NCBI RefSeq assembly: GCF_009834535.1
Contig: NC_045696.1
Coordinates: forward strand, 84,694,001-84,758,000
Source of the DNA: Camelus ferus
Taxonomy: Eukaryota
Direction: 5' to 3'
Length of the DNA stretch: 64,000 bases
The translations under genes were made by a program, and so were the position numbers. The notes under the pieces are model-generated. The model worked only from the letters and a program-made list of their open reading frames with translations. It ran no database searches and was not told where the DNA came from. Each line of letters starts with the position of its first letter. Position 1 is the first letter of the stretch. Below, piece after piece: positions 37,880 through 52,999 of the stretch.

Positions 37880-39640
37880 GAAATTCTTCATTTGGATTTC
37901 CATATCAATTTTAGAAACATAAAATTTTTACTGAATGCTGATGTGATTTTCATTTGGATAGTATTGAACTTGTTAACTAACTTAGAAAAAAATTTAAATA
38001 CTATTGAATCTTCTAATACATTAATATAAAATAACCACTTTTTCTAAAAATTGACTGAAATTAAAATTAATTAAAAATTTTCAAAAATCAATGCTTTTCA
38101 ATTTTCAGTTCACAACTTTTGCATGACCTTTGCTAGATTTATTCCAGTGTATCTTATTTTTGGATGCTTTAACAAATTGAAAAATTTCCACTTATTTTTC
38201 AAATTAATTTCTACCAATATATACAAATACAATCAAATTTGTGTTTTTACCTTGCATCCTGCGATTTTTACTAAATTCACTCGTTAGTCCTAGTAGCTAT
38301 GTTGTGAATCTGTTTTTAAGAATTGTGCATATAAACAATCACATCATCTGTCACTAGAGATAATTATACTTATTGCCATTCTTTATCGTTTTGTTTATTT
38401 TTCTTACCATGGTCCCATGACTACGAATTCCAGTGCAATATTGAATACAAATGATGAGGGAAGGCATCCTTGCTACAGTCTCAAGCTTAAGAAAACAGGG
38501 CTCAATATTTCACTATTAAGTACAATGTCAGCTGTTCAGAGGTCTTTTATCAGATTGAAGATGCTTATTTTCATTCTTATTTGGCTGAATGTTCTTATCC
38601 TTAAGGGTGATTGAAGTTTTCTAGTGCTTCTGTATCTCTTGAAATGATTATATGATTTTCTACATCATATTGTTAATTTAGCAAGTGGCAATATATTTTC
38701 AAATATAAATCAACCTTTAATTGTGGGGATGAACCCTATTTGGTCATGCTGTATTCATTTCTATAAATTTATGGATTTGATTAACCAATATTTTGGCTTA
38801 TATCTTCCTGAAGGACATTGATCTGTAACTTTCTTATTTTGTAAGTTATATCAGGTTGTGTTGGCTTCACAAATGAAGTTGGAAAACACCCTCTTTTCTG
38901 GAAGAGTTTGTGTAATATTGGTGTTACTTCATTAAGGGTTGATTGAATTCTGCAAAATAATTATCTGAGTGTGAGTTTCATTTCTTAGGTGAAGCTTTTT
39001 CATAATGATTCAATTTCTTTAAATAGATATCAGGCTATTATACTTTTTCATTTCACCTTGTACCAGAATGGATTGCAGTTGTATTTTTTAAAGAATTTGT
39101 TCATTTTATCTGTGTCAAATTTGTTGAAATAAAGTTTTTAATATTAATATCAACTTCCAATTTTCATGAGTTTAAGATTTGTAGTGATGGCCTCTCCTTC
39201 ATGCCTGCTATTTTCCCCCCAAAGAATCAATACTTTTTTTGATTGATTTTCTTCCTTTTTGGGACTATTTCTTATTTAACTGATTTCCTGATTTATGTTT
39301 GTTATTTTCCCCTCTCTGCTTTGGTGTACTCTGCTCTTCTTTTTTTAGGTGCTTTAGTGGGAAACATTAATTACTCTGTGACCTTTCTTCTTTTCTAGTA
39401 TAAGCATTCAAGGGTATAAATTTCCCTCTAAACAATGCACTAGTTGTATGCCAAAATTTTTTAGTATGTTCTAGTTTCCATTATCATTTTTTCTAATTTC
39501 ATTTTTAAAATTTTCTCTTTGATCCATGAGGTTTTAAAACTGAATTGATTAATTTCCCAATAATTGGGGTTTCTTAGATGTCTCATTGTATTCAATGTTC
39601 TTTTTAGTCCCATTAGAGTCAATAAACAGATTCTGGAAAC
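37880..39640 (-). mobile_element. Ancient L1 ORF2 fragment
   Basis: Typical antisense L1 motifs ttccagtgcaatattgaatacaaatgatgagggaaggcatccttg, ggggatgaaccctatttggtcatg and tataaatttccctctaaacaatgc. Confidence 0.85.
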
Positions 39641-40224
39641 TTAAGTGTTAAGTTTTAATGCTAAAATTTTGATCATCCTCACTATCACTGAAATTGCCTA
39701 TTTTCTTTTCTAAATTATTTTAAACTTTTAGAAATATTGGTTTCCCTTAAATAGTGTGAGTTTACTTTGGAAAACAGATAAAGTGAATATATATAATCAC
39801 AAACTTCAAATATGAACTTATTGGACTTAAACATGTATATGTACACAATATTCTTAAACAAAAATATTTATATAGCAATGGATTCAATATTTGAGAATGC
39901 ATTCTATGAAAAGCCTATAAAGTATTAAAATTTAATGATCATATCCTTACATAAGGCCAAAGATTTTCTTTATATATGTATATTTCTCTTAGAGTTTGAC
40001 AAAGTGCAATGTTACACGTTTCCTCCAAATTTGAAAATGCCAATTATACAGCAACCTCAGGAGGCCAGCATTGAGGTACTTAAGTGCATTGTTCAAACAC
40101 ATTATATTATATGTCTTTTGTCACTAAATAGGTTTATTTAAACAGCAAATGTTATAAACACAAGCAAGAGAATATATTATCTGTGTATTTACTCTGAGAT
40201 ACTTTCTTTTATTGTTTCCTTTAG

Positions 40225-43200
40225 GTGTTGGGGAATCAATGTTCTTCTTTATTCAGCTATTACAAATTAGTACTTACTTATCCTCTGTTTAGTGTAAAAT
40301 TTTGGTAATGATTTGCAATAAAATCATTTGAATCCTTTTGGTTTTATTTATTTAGTAGTAATTATTTAATTATGCTTGCCTTTAAATTGTGCATATAAAT
40401 TCCAGTTATATTACAACAAATTGAAGAGTTCTTTGCCAAAAGAATTTAGACACAAAGTCAGAAAAAAAACCCTTCAATATTATAACCACAAACTTTAATG
40501 TAGACTGATTTATACCTGTTTTTCATGAATATAGACTGATATATTCATGTCCTCTAGTATAAATGGAATGGTTCTGATATGAGGGTGTATCTACTATTGG
40601 TGATGTTTTTCCAATATGATTAAACATGAGATAAAATATTATTCATACTATTTTAAAAGAAAATGCCAATTCAAAAACTTTCTGGTGACATCAATTTTTA
40701 ATGATAGCAATTTTCACAATTTTTTCCTTCACTTATTTAAATAGCATGGAGTATCACTTAAGAAGTAATCCATATTTTTCAAAGTTGTTTTGATATTAGT
40801 AACATTTTACTGCAGTTATTCTTTAACATTGTTCAACTACTGTACTTCAGAGATTCCTTATCCTTTCTTGTTTAACAGTTATTTTTTATGATTCACTGAA
40901 GTCTGCAGCTGAAATGAAATAGAAAGGAAGAGACTACCCAAATTGATAATGTTAAGATTGACAGGTGTGCTAAATAAACAAGCCATGGTTGGACTCAGAA
41001 GTAGTCAGCCAGCCACTGAATCAAAAAAATGCTGCTAACATCAAATTCAACTGTTTTCTGATGGTAGCAATTGTACCGGAAAATGGCCAGGTAGATTTAT
41101 GCTAATTTTATTTTCTTTGAAGAAATAGATAGACAGATAGATATAGCTACATAGATATAAAGTAATTGTGTAATTGTTATATAACTATATAAAGTTTCTA
41201 TATTACCTTCTGCATTTTCAGTCCTACCATGATGAGGCACAACTTCTAATTATGTTATACAGTTATTCTGGCATGTATCTTGATATTTCTAGATAATATT
41301 TTATATGGCTGGTTTGTGATTTACCAATTAGAAACGAACATTTATCTTTCTTACCCCAACATAATATACTTCTCCCTCTCAGTTTACTTTTTTGTTACAT
41401 CACGCTCTCTGAATGAGTCAGTAATTACTTTCACTGTGTGTTATCCAAGCAGTGTGCCATAATTCTTTTTTCTTGCAATGTATGCACTGCTGCAGTGTTT
41501 TGATTTTTTCTGAGTTAATAATTACCTTATTTTTCACCTGCAGAGTTTCCTAAACAGCAATTCTTATTTTGATCTATTAGCTCTGTCATAGTTTAAATAA
41601 ATACATTTTGTTTGTCTACTTTCCCCAAAACTCTGACTTTCTATGATTATTTATTTCCTGGAGGCTTTTTTGTTTTCCTCCTGAATTCCTCAGTTTCCCT
41701 GTCTCACTTTTGTCTGGCCACATTTTCTCGGACTGCCTCATTCTCTTTTTCACTTTTATGACACATCTGCACTAGATGCACTCTTCCAATGGTGTTAGAA
41801 ATATTGTCTTGATTGGAGTATTAATTACTTAAATGTATTCATTAGTCATAACTCATTGAACTTCTTTTTCCTAATTTGCACTTTCTGTGGCTAGGACATG
41901 TTTTCTGGAGCTTATGAAGAAAAGGTGCTGGGTATATTCATGTTTTAATCATTTGCATATAAGAAAATACTTATAATCTCACATCTGACTGATACATTGA
42001 CTGGAGATATATATGTATATGTGTGTGTGTATATATATATATATAGATATATAAAGAAAAAGTGCTTCCTCATCATTCTGAATACTCTAGCATATAGAAT
42101 TGGTATTTGGAAGACAACTATTACTATAATTTGCATTTCTCAGTATTCCTATGAATACGTCTATGTCTTTCTCTTTTGAAGTTTTTAGGATCATCTCTCA
42201 ATGTTTTATATTCATTCTGCTAGATACCTGATTTATGCTTTCAAACTGAAAATTCCTATACAACCACAATTACAGTTATTCCTTCAAAGCATTCATGATA
42301 TCCAAGTGTAACAAAATTTAAAGCTATTTAAAATCATATATGCCCATTTTTAATAATAAAGTTACACTGTTCTTGTGAATCATATCAATAACCGTTTTTA
42401 AGGAACTGTATATTTACAGATATTTATAAATCAAGAAAAATGTTTCTATGTAAAGCAAGCACATTCTCCATCAAATCTCCAAAAGAAAAACAAACAACTT
42501 TCTATTGGCATGAAAAAAATCACTTGTACTTTCAATATCAGGTGTTACTGGCCAATTGTATCATTTAAATACGCTGATATTAGACATTGTTTTCTGTAGG
42601 TATAGTTACATGTGAAAATAACATTAAGAAAAATGCTATGCCAAAGCTTGTTCATATAATAGCAAATAAGTATTATATGACAACTAATCTAAGTGGGGAC
42701 AGTAACATGTGTTTTGAAACCATGTTTAAAAATACACTGCCTATTTGAATTTGAATTTTTCAATGAGCATCCATTCATTCACTGAGTTGACTGAGCAACA
42801 GCAATCAATATATTAAGCACTTTAATAGACCATGAGGTCTTAAACATGAAACAGACACTCTTCCTAAGAATATGAGTTCAACAGAATAATACACAAATAG
42901 ATATAAATTTAAAAATTAAATATTATTGTTGTAAAGGTGGAAAGATTATGATTTGGAATCAAGAATTATTACTTTGACTTGTGAGAACTGGAAAATCTAA
43001 CTGAGGAGGAAACATGAGCTGAGTAATTGAATGCATGCAGAAATATATCTGATGGATGAAAGGGAAAAGAATTTTAAGTAGAAGGTACAAAAGGCAATGT
43101 AAAAACACTTAATGATTTTTAAAAGTGGGCTGTCCTAATTGAAACATCAAGGCAAGTTCATTGTAACTTAATCTCAAAGTTGGTAAATTGAGTTGTAGAT

Positions 43201-44269
43201 TATTAGACACAGGGGTGAAAGTGAGACAAGGTAAGAAATATTGATTTTATACTGAAAGTAATGTAAATCACTGCAAGTTTTAAATTTTATAGTTTCAAAA
43301 TCAGAATTATATTTTTATTCATTTTCTATGTATTCATTTCTATGTCTACTATGTGTAGTTATCTTCTATATTTGTTATGTATCAGTCATTCTCATATGTG
43401 CTGAAGGTAGAAGTGAACAGTTCCTATTCTTATACAAATCATAACAATGTAGGAAAATTAATCGAGGTAGATAGACAAGCACACAAAATACTGATGAGGT
43501 GGACTTGGTAAAGGGAGGCAAAATAGGAGGCTACTGCAATCACTCATTTAAGGGAAATAGGAGATAATCAAAGATTAAGTCAAAGAAAGTCAAACATAAT
43601 GGACATGTTGAGGGTGAGCTGCATTTGAAACACTCTTCTTAGGTATAATCAATAGCACTTTTGGTTAGTTGGTCATGGAGAAGAAGAGAGGTGAGAAAAT
43701 GTGAAGTTACTGAGGATTCTACCTTGAAATAACTTTGTATGTACAGTGTAAAAACTTTCTAACCACTGTTTAAATTTAACTTTACACAATTGTTAAGGCA
43801 TTCTTGGTACATGTTTTTTTTTTTAAAACAACAACTCTTACATATCTTGGTCCAAATTTAAAATGGCACCTGTGTTTTTATAATTGCAAAGATGAAAGCC
43901 AAGTAATTACTCCTACAAGAATCCAAATTTTCCTAGTACAAGTGGTCAGCTGTATATTTGAGTGCTGACTAGCAGAAATAATTTAACAGAATACAAAAAC
44001 AAGCCAATCATTTTTCATGGAAGATTGATTCCTCAGTAGGATTCATAACATTCCCAAATCATTTTCAGGTGACATAGTGGAGTAATTATTCTGAAAATTG
44101 TTTTTAAAATTGAAAAGGACACAGGAAAGGCAATTAGAATGTCAAAATATTTTTAAGAAAAATAAATGAGATGTAACATAGTTTTCTGAATAAATATCAG
44201 ATGTAAAAACATCCTCTATTTATTCCAGTTGGTGAATTATTCAGTCCTCAGTATCTGTAAATTTGTAGA
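40225..44269 (+). pseudogene. Cluster of small candidate exon remnants (40225-40304, 40879-41090, 42542-42599, 44229-44269) at the expected AAA6 position
   Basis: Each has a polypyrimidine-AG acceptor and GT donor in non-repeat DNA, e.g. VLGNQCSSLFSYYKLVLTYPLFSVKF, VTGQLYHLNTLILDIVFC and LVNYSVLSICKFV. Motif matches are weak. Confidence 0.35.
42770..43740. mobile_element. L2 LINE fragments
   Basis: catccattcattcactgag 3' end with ctgaggaggaaacatgagctgagt and ggaggctactgcaatcactc L2 motifs. Confidence 0.55.
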
Positions 44270-44692
44270 GTATGCTTTGACATTCATATACTGTACTTCT
44301 CAGGATAAACTTTTATTTATTTATTCTTTTGCATAAACTTGTTTTCCAGATCTTGGGCCAAACAAGCATCAAAATTTAGAATTGAAAAGGCATTAAAGAT
44401 TATTTGGCCCAGTCCTTTTACAGATATGAAAATGGGAATTCAGAGGAACTAAATTCCTACACCTGAATAGAATGATTTTCCAGGGACATGTAGTTCAATA
44501 GTATAGGGCTAGAACTAGAACCCAAATCTGCTGATTCCCTAGTCCTGAGCTCCAATTGATCCTGTATCTTAGTGAAGTCTTCCAAAAGAATACAATGAAA
44601 TTTGTAGTCTAAAACAGAGTTTTGATGTAACTATGCAAGATATTTACTGTGAGCAACAATTTTGATAAGGCTCATTAAGATGAAACTATTCT

Positions 44693-45102
44693 TCATGGAC
44701 GGAACTAGAGATTATCATACTAAGTGAAGTTTAGTCAGACAAAGACAAATATTACATGGTGTCACTTATATGGGGAATCTAAAAAATAGTACAAATGAAG
44801 TTATTCACAAAATAGAAACAGACTCATGGATGTAGGAAACAAACTTATGGTTACCAAATGGGAAGAGAGGGAGAGATAAATTAGGAGTATAAGATTAACA
44901 GATATACACTACTATATACAAAATATATAAACAGCAAGGATTTACAGTATAGCACAGGGAACTATATTCAATAACTTGTAGTAACCTATAATGGAAAAGA
45001 ATCAGAAAAAAGAATATATATATACATATATATATATGTATCACTTTGTTGTACACCTAAAAGTAATATAATATTGTAAATCAACAATATTTCAATAAAA
45101 AA
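44693..45102 (+). mobile_element. 5'-truncated L1 3' end (L1MA9/artiodactyl-type)
   Basis: catggacggaactagagattatcatactaagtgaag..acagtatagcacagggaactatattcaataacttgtagtaacctataatggaaaag..ttcaataaaaaa. Confidence 0.9.
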
Positions 45103-45783
45103 GACAAAACCGTTATTGAAATTGTCTTTTCAAGATATGGATTCAAAGATTGTGACATTAAAGACAGTTTTAAATTACCCATGCAATGTAATTTTATATC
45201 ACCCATATCTAAAGTGACTTTACATTACAGGTTCTAAAACTTTATTTTGTCTTAATGTTTGTTTGATCACTCAATACTCTTTGAAATTACCTATTGATTG
45301 TTTTACTTTCCTATTGTCTCTTTCCACTGAGAATATTTTGGATTTTGTAAAAGAAGGGCCTTGTCTGCTCTGTTTGTTGTAGTAACTTTAGAACTTAAAG
45401 TGGTGGATATAGTTGGTAATGAGTATATATTTTTCAATAAATAAATTGCTTCAGTAATTTAATGAATCTTTTTTGAGATTCATTCTAATCTAATTATTGA
45501 AATGGAAATAACTTGTTTCAAAACAATGACTGTGAGTTGGCTTTAAATGTCATTAAATTAAAATGATATTTTTAAAGCAAGAAAAAGTAAACCTGAAAAC
45601 GTCACTCAAAATACACTAACAATATTAATATTAACATTAATAAAAAACCATCTGATTCCTTACTCCAGGTTCAAGGCACTATGCTATTATTATATAGGCT
45701 ATGTATTCAATAAATTATTGTTTAATAATAAAATATTTTAAAAATGCAAGATAGAAAATTATCATCTCCTAGTTTTCAATTAT

Positions 45784-45786
<3 letters not shown>

Positions 45787-45819
<33 letters not shown>
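45787..45819. repeat. (CA)n microsatellite
   Basis: Directly visible. Confidence 0.95.
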
Positions 45820-45822
<3 letters not shown>

Positions 45823-46354
45823 TTCAAACCATGAGTTCCTTCAAAATAAGAGACTGATACTTTTAGGAAACTGCATCATTCGAAATGCTTTTAGTTGCAA
45901 GTAAACAGATAACTTGACTAGAAGTAATTTTTAAAAAATTAAAATATGTTTTGCTGACATAACAAAAAAATCTGGATTTAAGCTGCTTTCTGGCATTTTG
46001 TCAGTGTTTTAAAAATCACAGAGCTGATATTTGTAATTCTCTGGGCCTTTCTCTCACGATCCCATGATGGGTACTTCACTTCAAAGCACCATGACTATAA
46101 TGACTATATTCAGTGAAGAAGAATGTGAAAGTGAGAAGAATAAAAATCTGAGGGAGTCACATCTATCCCCTTATCACTAAAGAAAACTCTTTGCAAGAAA
46201 TCCTTTTAGTGGTTTTGTCTTACTGGCCAAGAATTAACCAGTTGGCCACATCTGTCTGAAAAAGAGAATGCTAAATAAAGTATGCAATTGTTACAGTTAA
46301 TTTGAATCAATTACAAACCACTGCTTCAAGTTGACCTCATTACTGCTTCAAAAC

Positions 46355-48682
46355 AGAATCTGCTACAGATCTGTATCTCTCATTAATATAGATTCAAAAA
46401 TTCTATTTCATATTAACAAATCAAGTCCAACAATCTATAAAAATAATTATATAGTATGACCAAGTGGGATGTATTTCAAGTGTACAATGCTGGCTCAATA
46501 TTTGAAAACCAGTTAGCATTCTATCATATCTAGCATTCTATCACATCAACAGCCTAAAGAAGAAATATCATATGATTATATCAATAGATGCAGAAAAAGC
46601 ATTTGAAAAAATTCAACACTCATTCATGATAAAAAGAAAACTATCAGAAAACTAGGAATGGAGGGGAATTTCATCAAATTGATAAAGAACATCTACAAAA
46701 AAACCCCACATCTAACATCATACTTAATGGTGAGAAACTAGAAATTTTCCCACTAAGATCAGGAACAAAGCAAGGATGTCCCTTCTCACCATGCCTTTTC
46801 AACATTGTACTGGACATCCTAGCTAATACAATAAGGCAAGAAAAGGAAATGCAAGATATACAAATTGAAAGAAGGACATAAAACTATTTTTGTTCACAGA
46901 TGACATGATTATCTTTAGAAAATCCAAAGAATCCACAATTAAACTTTTAAAACTAGTAAGTATTTAATATAAGGTTGCAGGATATAGGGTAAATATGCAA
47001 AAGTTAATTTATATATTACATAATGGGAAAGAGCAATTGGAGTTTGAAATTAAAAAGCAATAACATTTAAATTAACACCAAAAAATAAAATACTTAGGCA
47101 CAAACCTAACAAAATATGTACAAGCTCTATATTAGAAAAACTGCAAAGCTCTGATGAAAGAAATCAAAGCACATAATAAATGGAGATCTAATAAATACAC
47201 TCACACAAATAGAGTCAACTGATCTTTGATAAAGGAGCAAAGGCAACATGATGGAGAAAGGATAGTCTTTAACAAAATGGTGCTAGAAAAACTGGATATT
47301 TACATGGAAAAAAATTGGCACAAACCTTATATATTTCACAAAAATTTAACTCAAAATTTGTCATAGACTAAATACTAAATGCAAAACTAAAAACTCCAAG
47401 AAGACAACATAGGAGAAAATGTAGATGAATTTGGTTTGATGATGACTTTCTTTGTATAATTCCAAAGCACTATTTATGAAAGAAAGAATTGGTAAGTTGG
47501 ACTTCATTAAATCAAAAAAACTTCTCTGTGAAAGATAATGTCAAGAGAATCAGAAGACAAGACATAGACTTAAAGCAGACATTTGCAAAATATGTAGCTA
47601 AGACTGTTATCCCCAACATACAAAGAACTGAAAGCTCAATAATAAGAAAATGATAAACACCCAATTTAAAAAATGGGCAAATTTTCCGAACAGATGCCTC
47701 AAAATAAGATACATAGATGGCAAATAAGCATATGAAAAGATGTCAATATCATATACCATTTTGGAATTGAAAAATTAAAATGACAATGAGATACTGCTCT
47801 GCAACTATTAAAATGGCCAAAATCTCAAACACATAAAACGCCAAATACTGGCAAGGATGTGGAGGAACAGGAACTCTTTTTCATTGCTGGTAGGAATGCA
47901 ACATGTATAATTACTTCAGAAGGAGGTTTAGTAGTTTCTTGCAACCTAAGCATATCCAGCAACTGCAATGTTTGGTATTTATCCAAAGGAATTGACAACT
48001 TCTGTCTACACAAAAACTTCCATATAGATGTTTATAGCTGCTTTCTTCATAACTGCTCAAACTTGGAAGCAAGGAAGATGTCCTTCATTAGGTTAATGGA
48101 TAAATATACTGTGGTGTATCCATACAATGAAACATTACTCAGTACTAAAAAGAAATGAGCAATTAAGGCATGGAAAGACATGGATAAAACTTAAATGCTG
48201 ATTGCTAAGTGAAAGAAGCCAATCTGAAGAGGCTATATTCTATGTGATTCCAACTATATGACATTCTGGAATAGGCAAAACTATGAAGATAGTAAAAAGA
48301 CCAGTGTTATCCAGGGGTTTGAAGGAGAGGAATAAATGAATTGGTGAATTGGTGATACATAGAGGATTTTTAGAACACTGAAAAATTTGGTATGATATTA
48401 TGATACTATAATGGTGAATATATTTTATTGTGTATTTGTCAAAACTCATTGAAAGCACAACACCAAGAGTGAACTCCATTGGAAACTGTGGACTTTAGGT
48501 GATAATGATGTGTCAATGCTTATCAATTGCAATAAATGTGTCACTCTGGCTTGGAATGTTGATGGTGAGGGCGGCTGTGTGTTTGTTGTGGGGGGAAAGA
48601 AGTATATGAGAATTCTATGTGCTATTCACTCAATTTTGCTATGAACATAAACTTCTCTAAAAATTAAATATATATATAAAAA
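46355..48682 (+). mobile_element. L1MC1-like element (RT region to 3' end) with an internal deletion near 47190
   Basis: atgaccaagtgggat, tcaatagatgcagaaaaagcatttga, caaggatgtcccttctcacc, ttgttcacagatgacatgat (FADDM) and the 3' end ctcaattttgctatgaacataaacttctctaaaaa. It sits within an MLT1-like LTR (~45870-46350). Confidence 0.9.
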
Positions 48683-50039
48683 ATCAGGATGTGTTGACAA
48701 GAAGAAAAGGAAAAACTAACACATAAGCAACTAAGAGTACCTACCTCAGATCCAGTAAATAAGACAATGATAGAATTAATACCTTATAGCAATAAGGAAT
48801 ACATGCACAAATTCCTTTTATTCACCCCTTTATATCATCATTTGGATTACATATTAATTATACTTGTATAATTGTAATAATTTATCCTGTCTTTCATCTA
48901 CAAACTGTACTTCAGTATAACTCAAATGTTGATAAATGCAAATTTCTAATTTATAGGTGTCATCCAGTTTATACATGAAATAGGAATTAGAGAATTATCT
49001 TTTTACATTCTGAAATGTTAATGTGATCAATTAGTGGACAAAGGTGGTATGATCAATATTTACTAACATAATCAAAAGAAAGAAAGCCAGACATGAATAT
49101 GTCTCCTCATAGAAGTACATAATAATCTATGATAGTGTTGCAAAAAGATTCAAATTTGAATTGGATCAAGCCTCTAGATATAACCAACAATTTTAAAGAA
49201 ATACATGATATAGAATATCATGTGCAACATTATCACTTGGATGAAATGAGCAAATCTTAACTGGGGAAAATTCTGTAACTATTAGAAACAACTATTTCTT
49301 TAACAAATAATTTCAAAGGAAAAAGATAATGTAGAAACATAGAAATTAAAATATATCCATTAATTATATTTTCTAAAATTGTAAATATATATCTTAAAGA
49401 TTTCATATTAATAATAGGTCTCAGACAATACCAAATGGCAATGTGTGAATTTTTTGTATCCTAACTCAAAGAAATAAACTGTAAAAAATGTTTCAACAAT
49501 GAATCAAATCACAATTATAAATAAAGTTTTTCAGTAATTATTAACATCAAAAAAATCAAATGATCATATTTCTTTAATTGATTCTTTTTTGTTTAGAGAA
49601 TGCATACTAAATATTAATGAATGAAATCACATTGTGTCTAACATTAGTGTCAAATAACTTTGGTAATGGTTGAGGTTAAAATTAAATCTGGGTTTAGAGG
49701 AAACAAGATTGTCTATGATCTCATCATTGTTGAAGCTGGGTAATATATACAAAGAGAAAGTTCATGATATTTTTATGTATGTTTGAAATTTGCCAGAAAT
49801 AAATTAATAGATTTTTTTCCCTAAGGTTCAAATTCTCCTCTGAAAACATGTTTTGCTTTAATTTGTATGTTTTGAAAGGACTGTCACTGATGAAAAATAA
49901 ATTCTTAATGAGACATTTACTAATTTGAAGGCAAAATCAAGATTATTTTCTGTAATAGGGATATACAAGTCAATGGCATGATTAAAAATATCTTGTTTAA
50001 TTTATTTTCTTTAAGTCTTTCTGTTTCAATTTCTTTCTA

Positions 50040-50533
50040 ATGATGTCAAAAATCTTTGGTAACATCTTTGGCCTTATTGCTGCTTTGAGACAATGGCCTT
50101 TTTAAAGAAATACTTTCAATTTAGGAAGATAGTTATTAGTTGACAAAGTGTGATCTGCAGTAAAACCTAGTGATTATCTAAGGTTAGATGACTGGGTAAT
50201 GTGACAGGAGAAGTCAGGATATTTTTGTAGAATATGCAAATATCTCTTGAGAATTTCCAGAACTACATAAGGAATAGCAATCTAATGAACTATTGAACTG
50301 CCAGAGATAATGCAAGTTGCAGACTCAGAGGTTGTTTGATATGCTGTTTTGGTTTGTTTTTGAAGGGGAAACTAAATAAATATGTGACCATGACAGGAAC
50401 AAGATAATTTGTGACATTATTAATTTTGAACATGATTGCAATGGGAGAGTTCCCCCAAAATAAATAAGGAATATCCACTCAGGATAACTTGTTATTCTCA
50501 GAATGTAATTACTTCTTCTGAAAAAACAATTTG
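50040..50533 (+). pseudogene. Degenerate exon remnant resembling dynein AAA6 lid
   Basis: SDYLRLDDWVM*Q (cf. YGGRVTDDWDRR), then in another frame LENFQNYIRN..TARDNASC (cf. Y..YI..LP..GLH.NA). Donor TTG|gtaaat. Many stops. Confidence 0.35.
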
Positions 50534-51864
50534 GTAAATCAAATGTAAGATTAATAATCATTTAATGGCTTTTTAGTATAGCTTGTATAGTGATATATAC
50601 TCATTAAATTGTATAAAATTTTAAAGAAATATCTCAAAGATTTTATATCACTAATTTTCTCAGGATACTAGATGACAAGGTAACAATTTAAGAGTTTTGT
50701 TTCAAATTTAAATGTTCCTTCAAATAGCACTGGAAAAATTCTTTCCACAAAAAAGCAGTCCAAATCATGCCTGGAATGAGATATAATTTGTGGTAGTTAA
50801 GTGGAAAAGAATAGTTTTATTGGTCAACTTAACTGTTACATACGCTAGAAGAAGAACTGGTAAAATATTTTTAGTTTGATGAAACAAATATCTAATCACC
50901 ATACTTAGGGAAAGATTAATAATGCTACATGTAGGGCTAGTAGTCCTCTGGATAGGATGCAGATTACAGCTAAATCTTATTATTAGTGGATAATATAATA
51001 AAGCAATTCTAGGTATAAATATTAACAACATGTGAATCTTTAAGCTAGAATATTATAGATCTTTATTAAATATAAAATGTGAATACATAACAGTATCTTT
51101 ATATTTTTTCTTATGCTTTTATTTTTAATTTAAAGTAAAGTTCTACTTTGGATGTATTATGTCATAAAGCAGTTCTTTGTCAAATATAACAGCAATTCAA
51201 AAAGATTATGGCTTGCAGTATTTGGGTGTAACAAATAACTCGTCTTGAGTTTGGAGGTGGTTAATAAATTTTATATCTGAGGAAAACATCAGATTTCATT
51301 TCTAACACTTTAAACATAGATCAAAATAAGGTTAGATTAAAGTTAACATAAATCTCAGCAGAATCTAAAATGATAATATACTATATATGTCAGCACTAGC
51401 ATTTCTGTCAGAAATCTCTTTAAATATCAGAAAAACCCATTTTGAGAATGCTGTGTGTACTGAAGAAGGAAATATACAATCTTTTCTTCATTGAATAGTG
51501 AGTGCTTTATGGATAAACAAGCCAAATGTCATGACAAAGTTGAAAAAAAGCTTGGTAATAAGACTAGTATGGGATGAGAGGCTAAGATAAGAAAATTAGT
51601 TCTTGTTTTAGTCTTCAGCTTGCGTATCTGTAAATGGGATTAATAGTTTATACTTTTATAAATTAAAATAAATAACTCATGCATATTTATTTTATTTTAT
51701 ATATTTATATCTATATATTTAACTGTTATTTTAGAATGGTAATATTTAGTTTATATCTTACTTAGGTCACTTTTAACACCTAAGTTGATTTTAAAACTAT
51801 AGATACAACTTTTTCATTATAGTTTTTAGGGGAAAATATATAATTTAATTATAATTAATATGAT

Positions 51865-52400
51865 TTACTCATTCATTCATTTATTCAATGGACATTCTTA
51901 AGCATTCATATTCCAGAATTGCTCTAGACCCTACAGTCAGAGCAGTTCACACATATCAAAAGAAAAAATAATCCTTCATGAAACATAGATACACTTGGGA
52001 GACATAGATATTTAACAGACACCTGCATACACATGCACACATATATAGCAGGTGGAAATAATGTTGGGACAAGAAATAAAGCAGAGTAGAATAATAGGCA
52101 ACAATGGTGAGGTCTATTTTGTATCAAGCGAACAAGGAGTTTCTCTCGGATATGTGATATTTGGCAGTTTTTAGGGTGATTAGTTTTCCAAAAAGAACAA
52201 AAAGCAAGTGGAAGGAACTTGAGGTAGTAATATGCCAAGCATGCCTAAGGAACAGTGAGCAGGCCAGCATGGAGACAGTAGACTGACCTCTCAAATAGTG
52301 TAGAATAGTGTAGAACTGGACATGCCAGGGTTTGTCAACAGTGGTAAGTCTCTTGCTTTAATTCTGAAAAAGAGGGGTGTTTTCTGAAGGTTTTGAGTGG
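51865..52400. mobile_element. L2 LINE 3' fragment
   Basis: actcattcattcatttattcaatggacattcttaagcatt 3' end and aaggaacagtgagcaggccagcatgg. Confidence 0.7.
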
Positions 52401-52425
52401 ATAAACAACATGGCCTGTATATACA

Positions 52426-52990
52426 TATAACTGAGCAGGATCCTGTGGGGCACAACTCTCAACCTCTGCTTCTTGTTTATAGAAAAGCTGAAGTGTATCA
52501 GGCCTCTCTAAGTCATAAAAGAGCAGGCTCAAGCAATAGATGATAAGGACAACAAAGTCACAAACTCAGTGTCTGATGCACATTCCTGAGTTGTTTTACA
52601 GCTATTATAACTGCCACCTGAGGGAAAAAGGTAAACTGCATGATGACCAGATCTCTTCCCTAGCCTCCTCTTCAGAAATCTCTCTAACTGAAACTGAGGG
52701 TGCTGCTCCCAGGATCATACCCCTGCCTCTCCCTCAAACAGAAATCAATTACTCCAAATAAGTCTCAGAAGGAAGCTGCAAAAAGAAAAAACAAGAACTG
52801 ATTAGAACCAACCAGGCCCAATATGGCAGAGGATCTGACTTCCAGTGTACCTTCAGCCTCATTAGATGCTTGTTATCATGCATTAGCATGCTAAATGACA
52901 CATCCACCAGCACCGTGACAGTTGACGACTGCCGTGACAACAGCCAGGAAAGCCCATACAAGGACCGAAAAAAAAGGTGATTGGCTCCAG
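52426..52990 (+). mobile_element. MER41-like ERV1 LTR (3'-truncated)
   Basis: attagcatgctaaatgacacatccaccagcaccgtgacagttgacgactgccgtgacaac closely resembles the MER41 core agcatgctaaaagacactcccaccagcgccatgacagtttacaaatgccatggcaac. Confidence 0.7.
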
Positions 52991-52999
52991 TACACTTGG

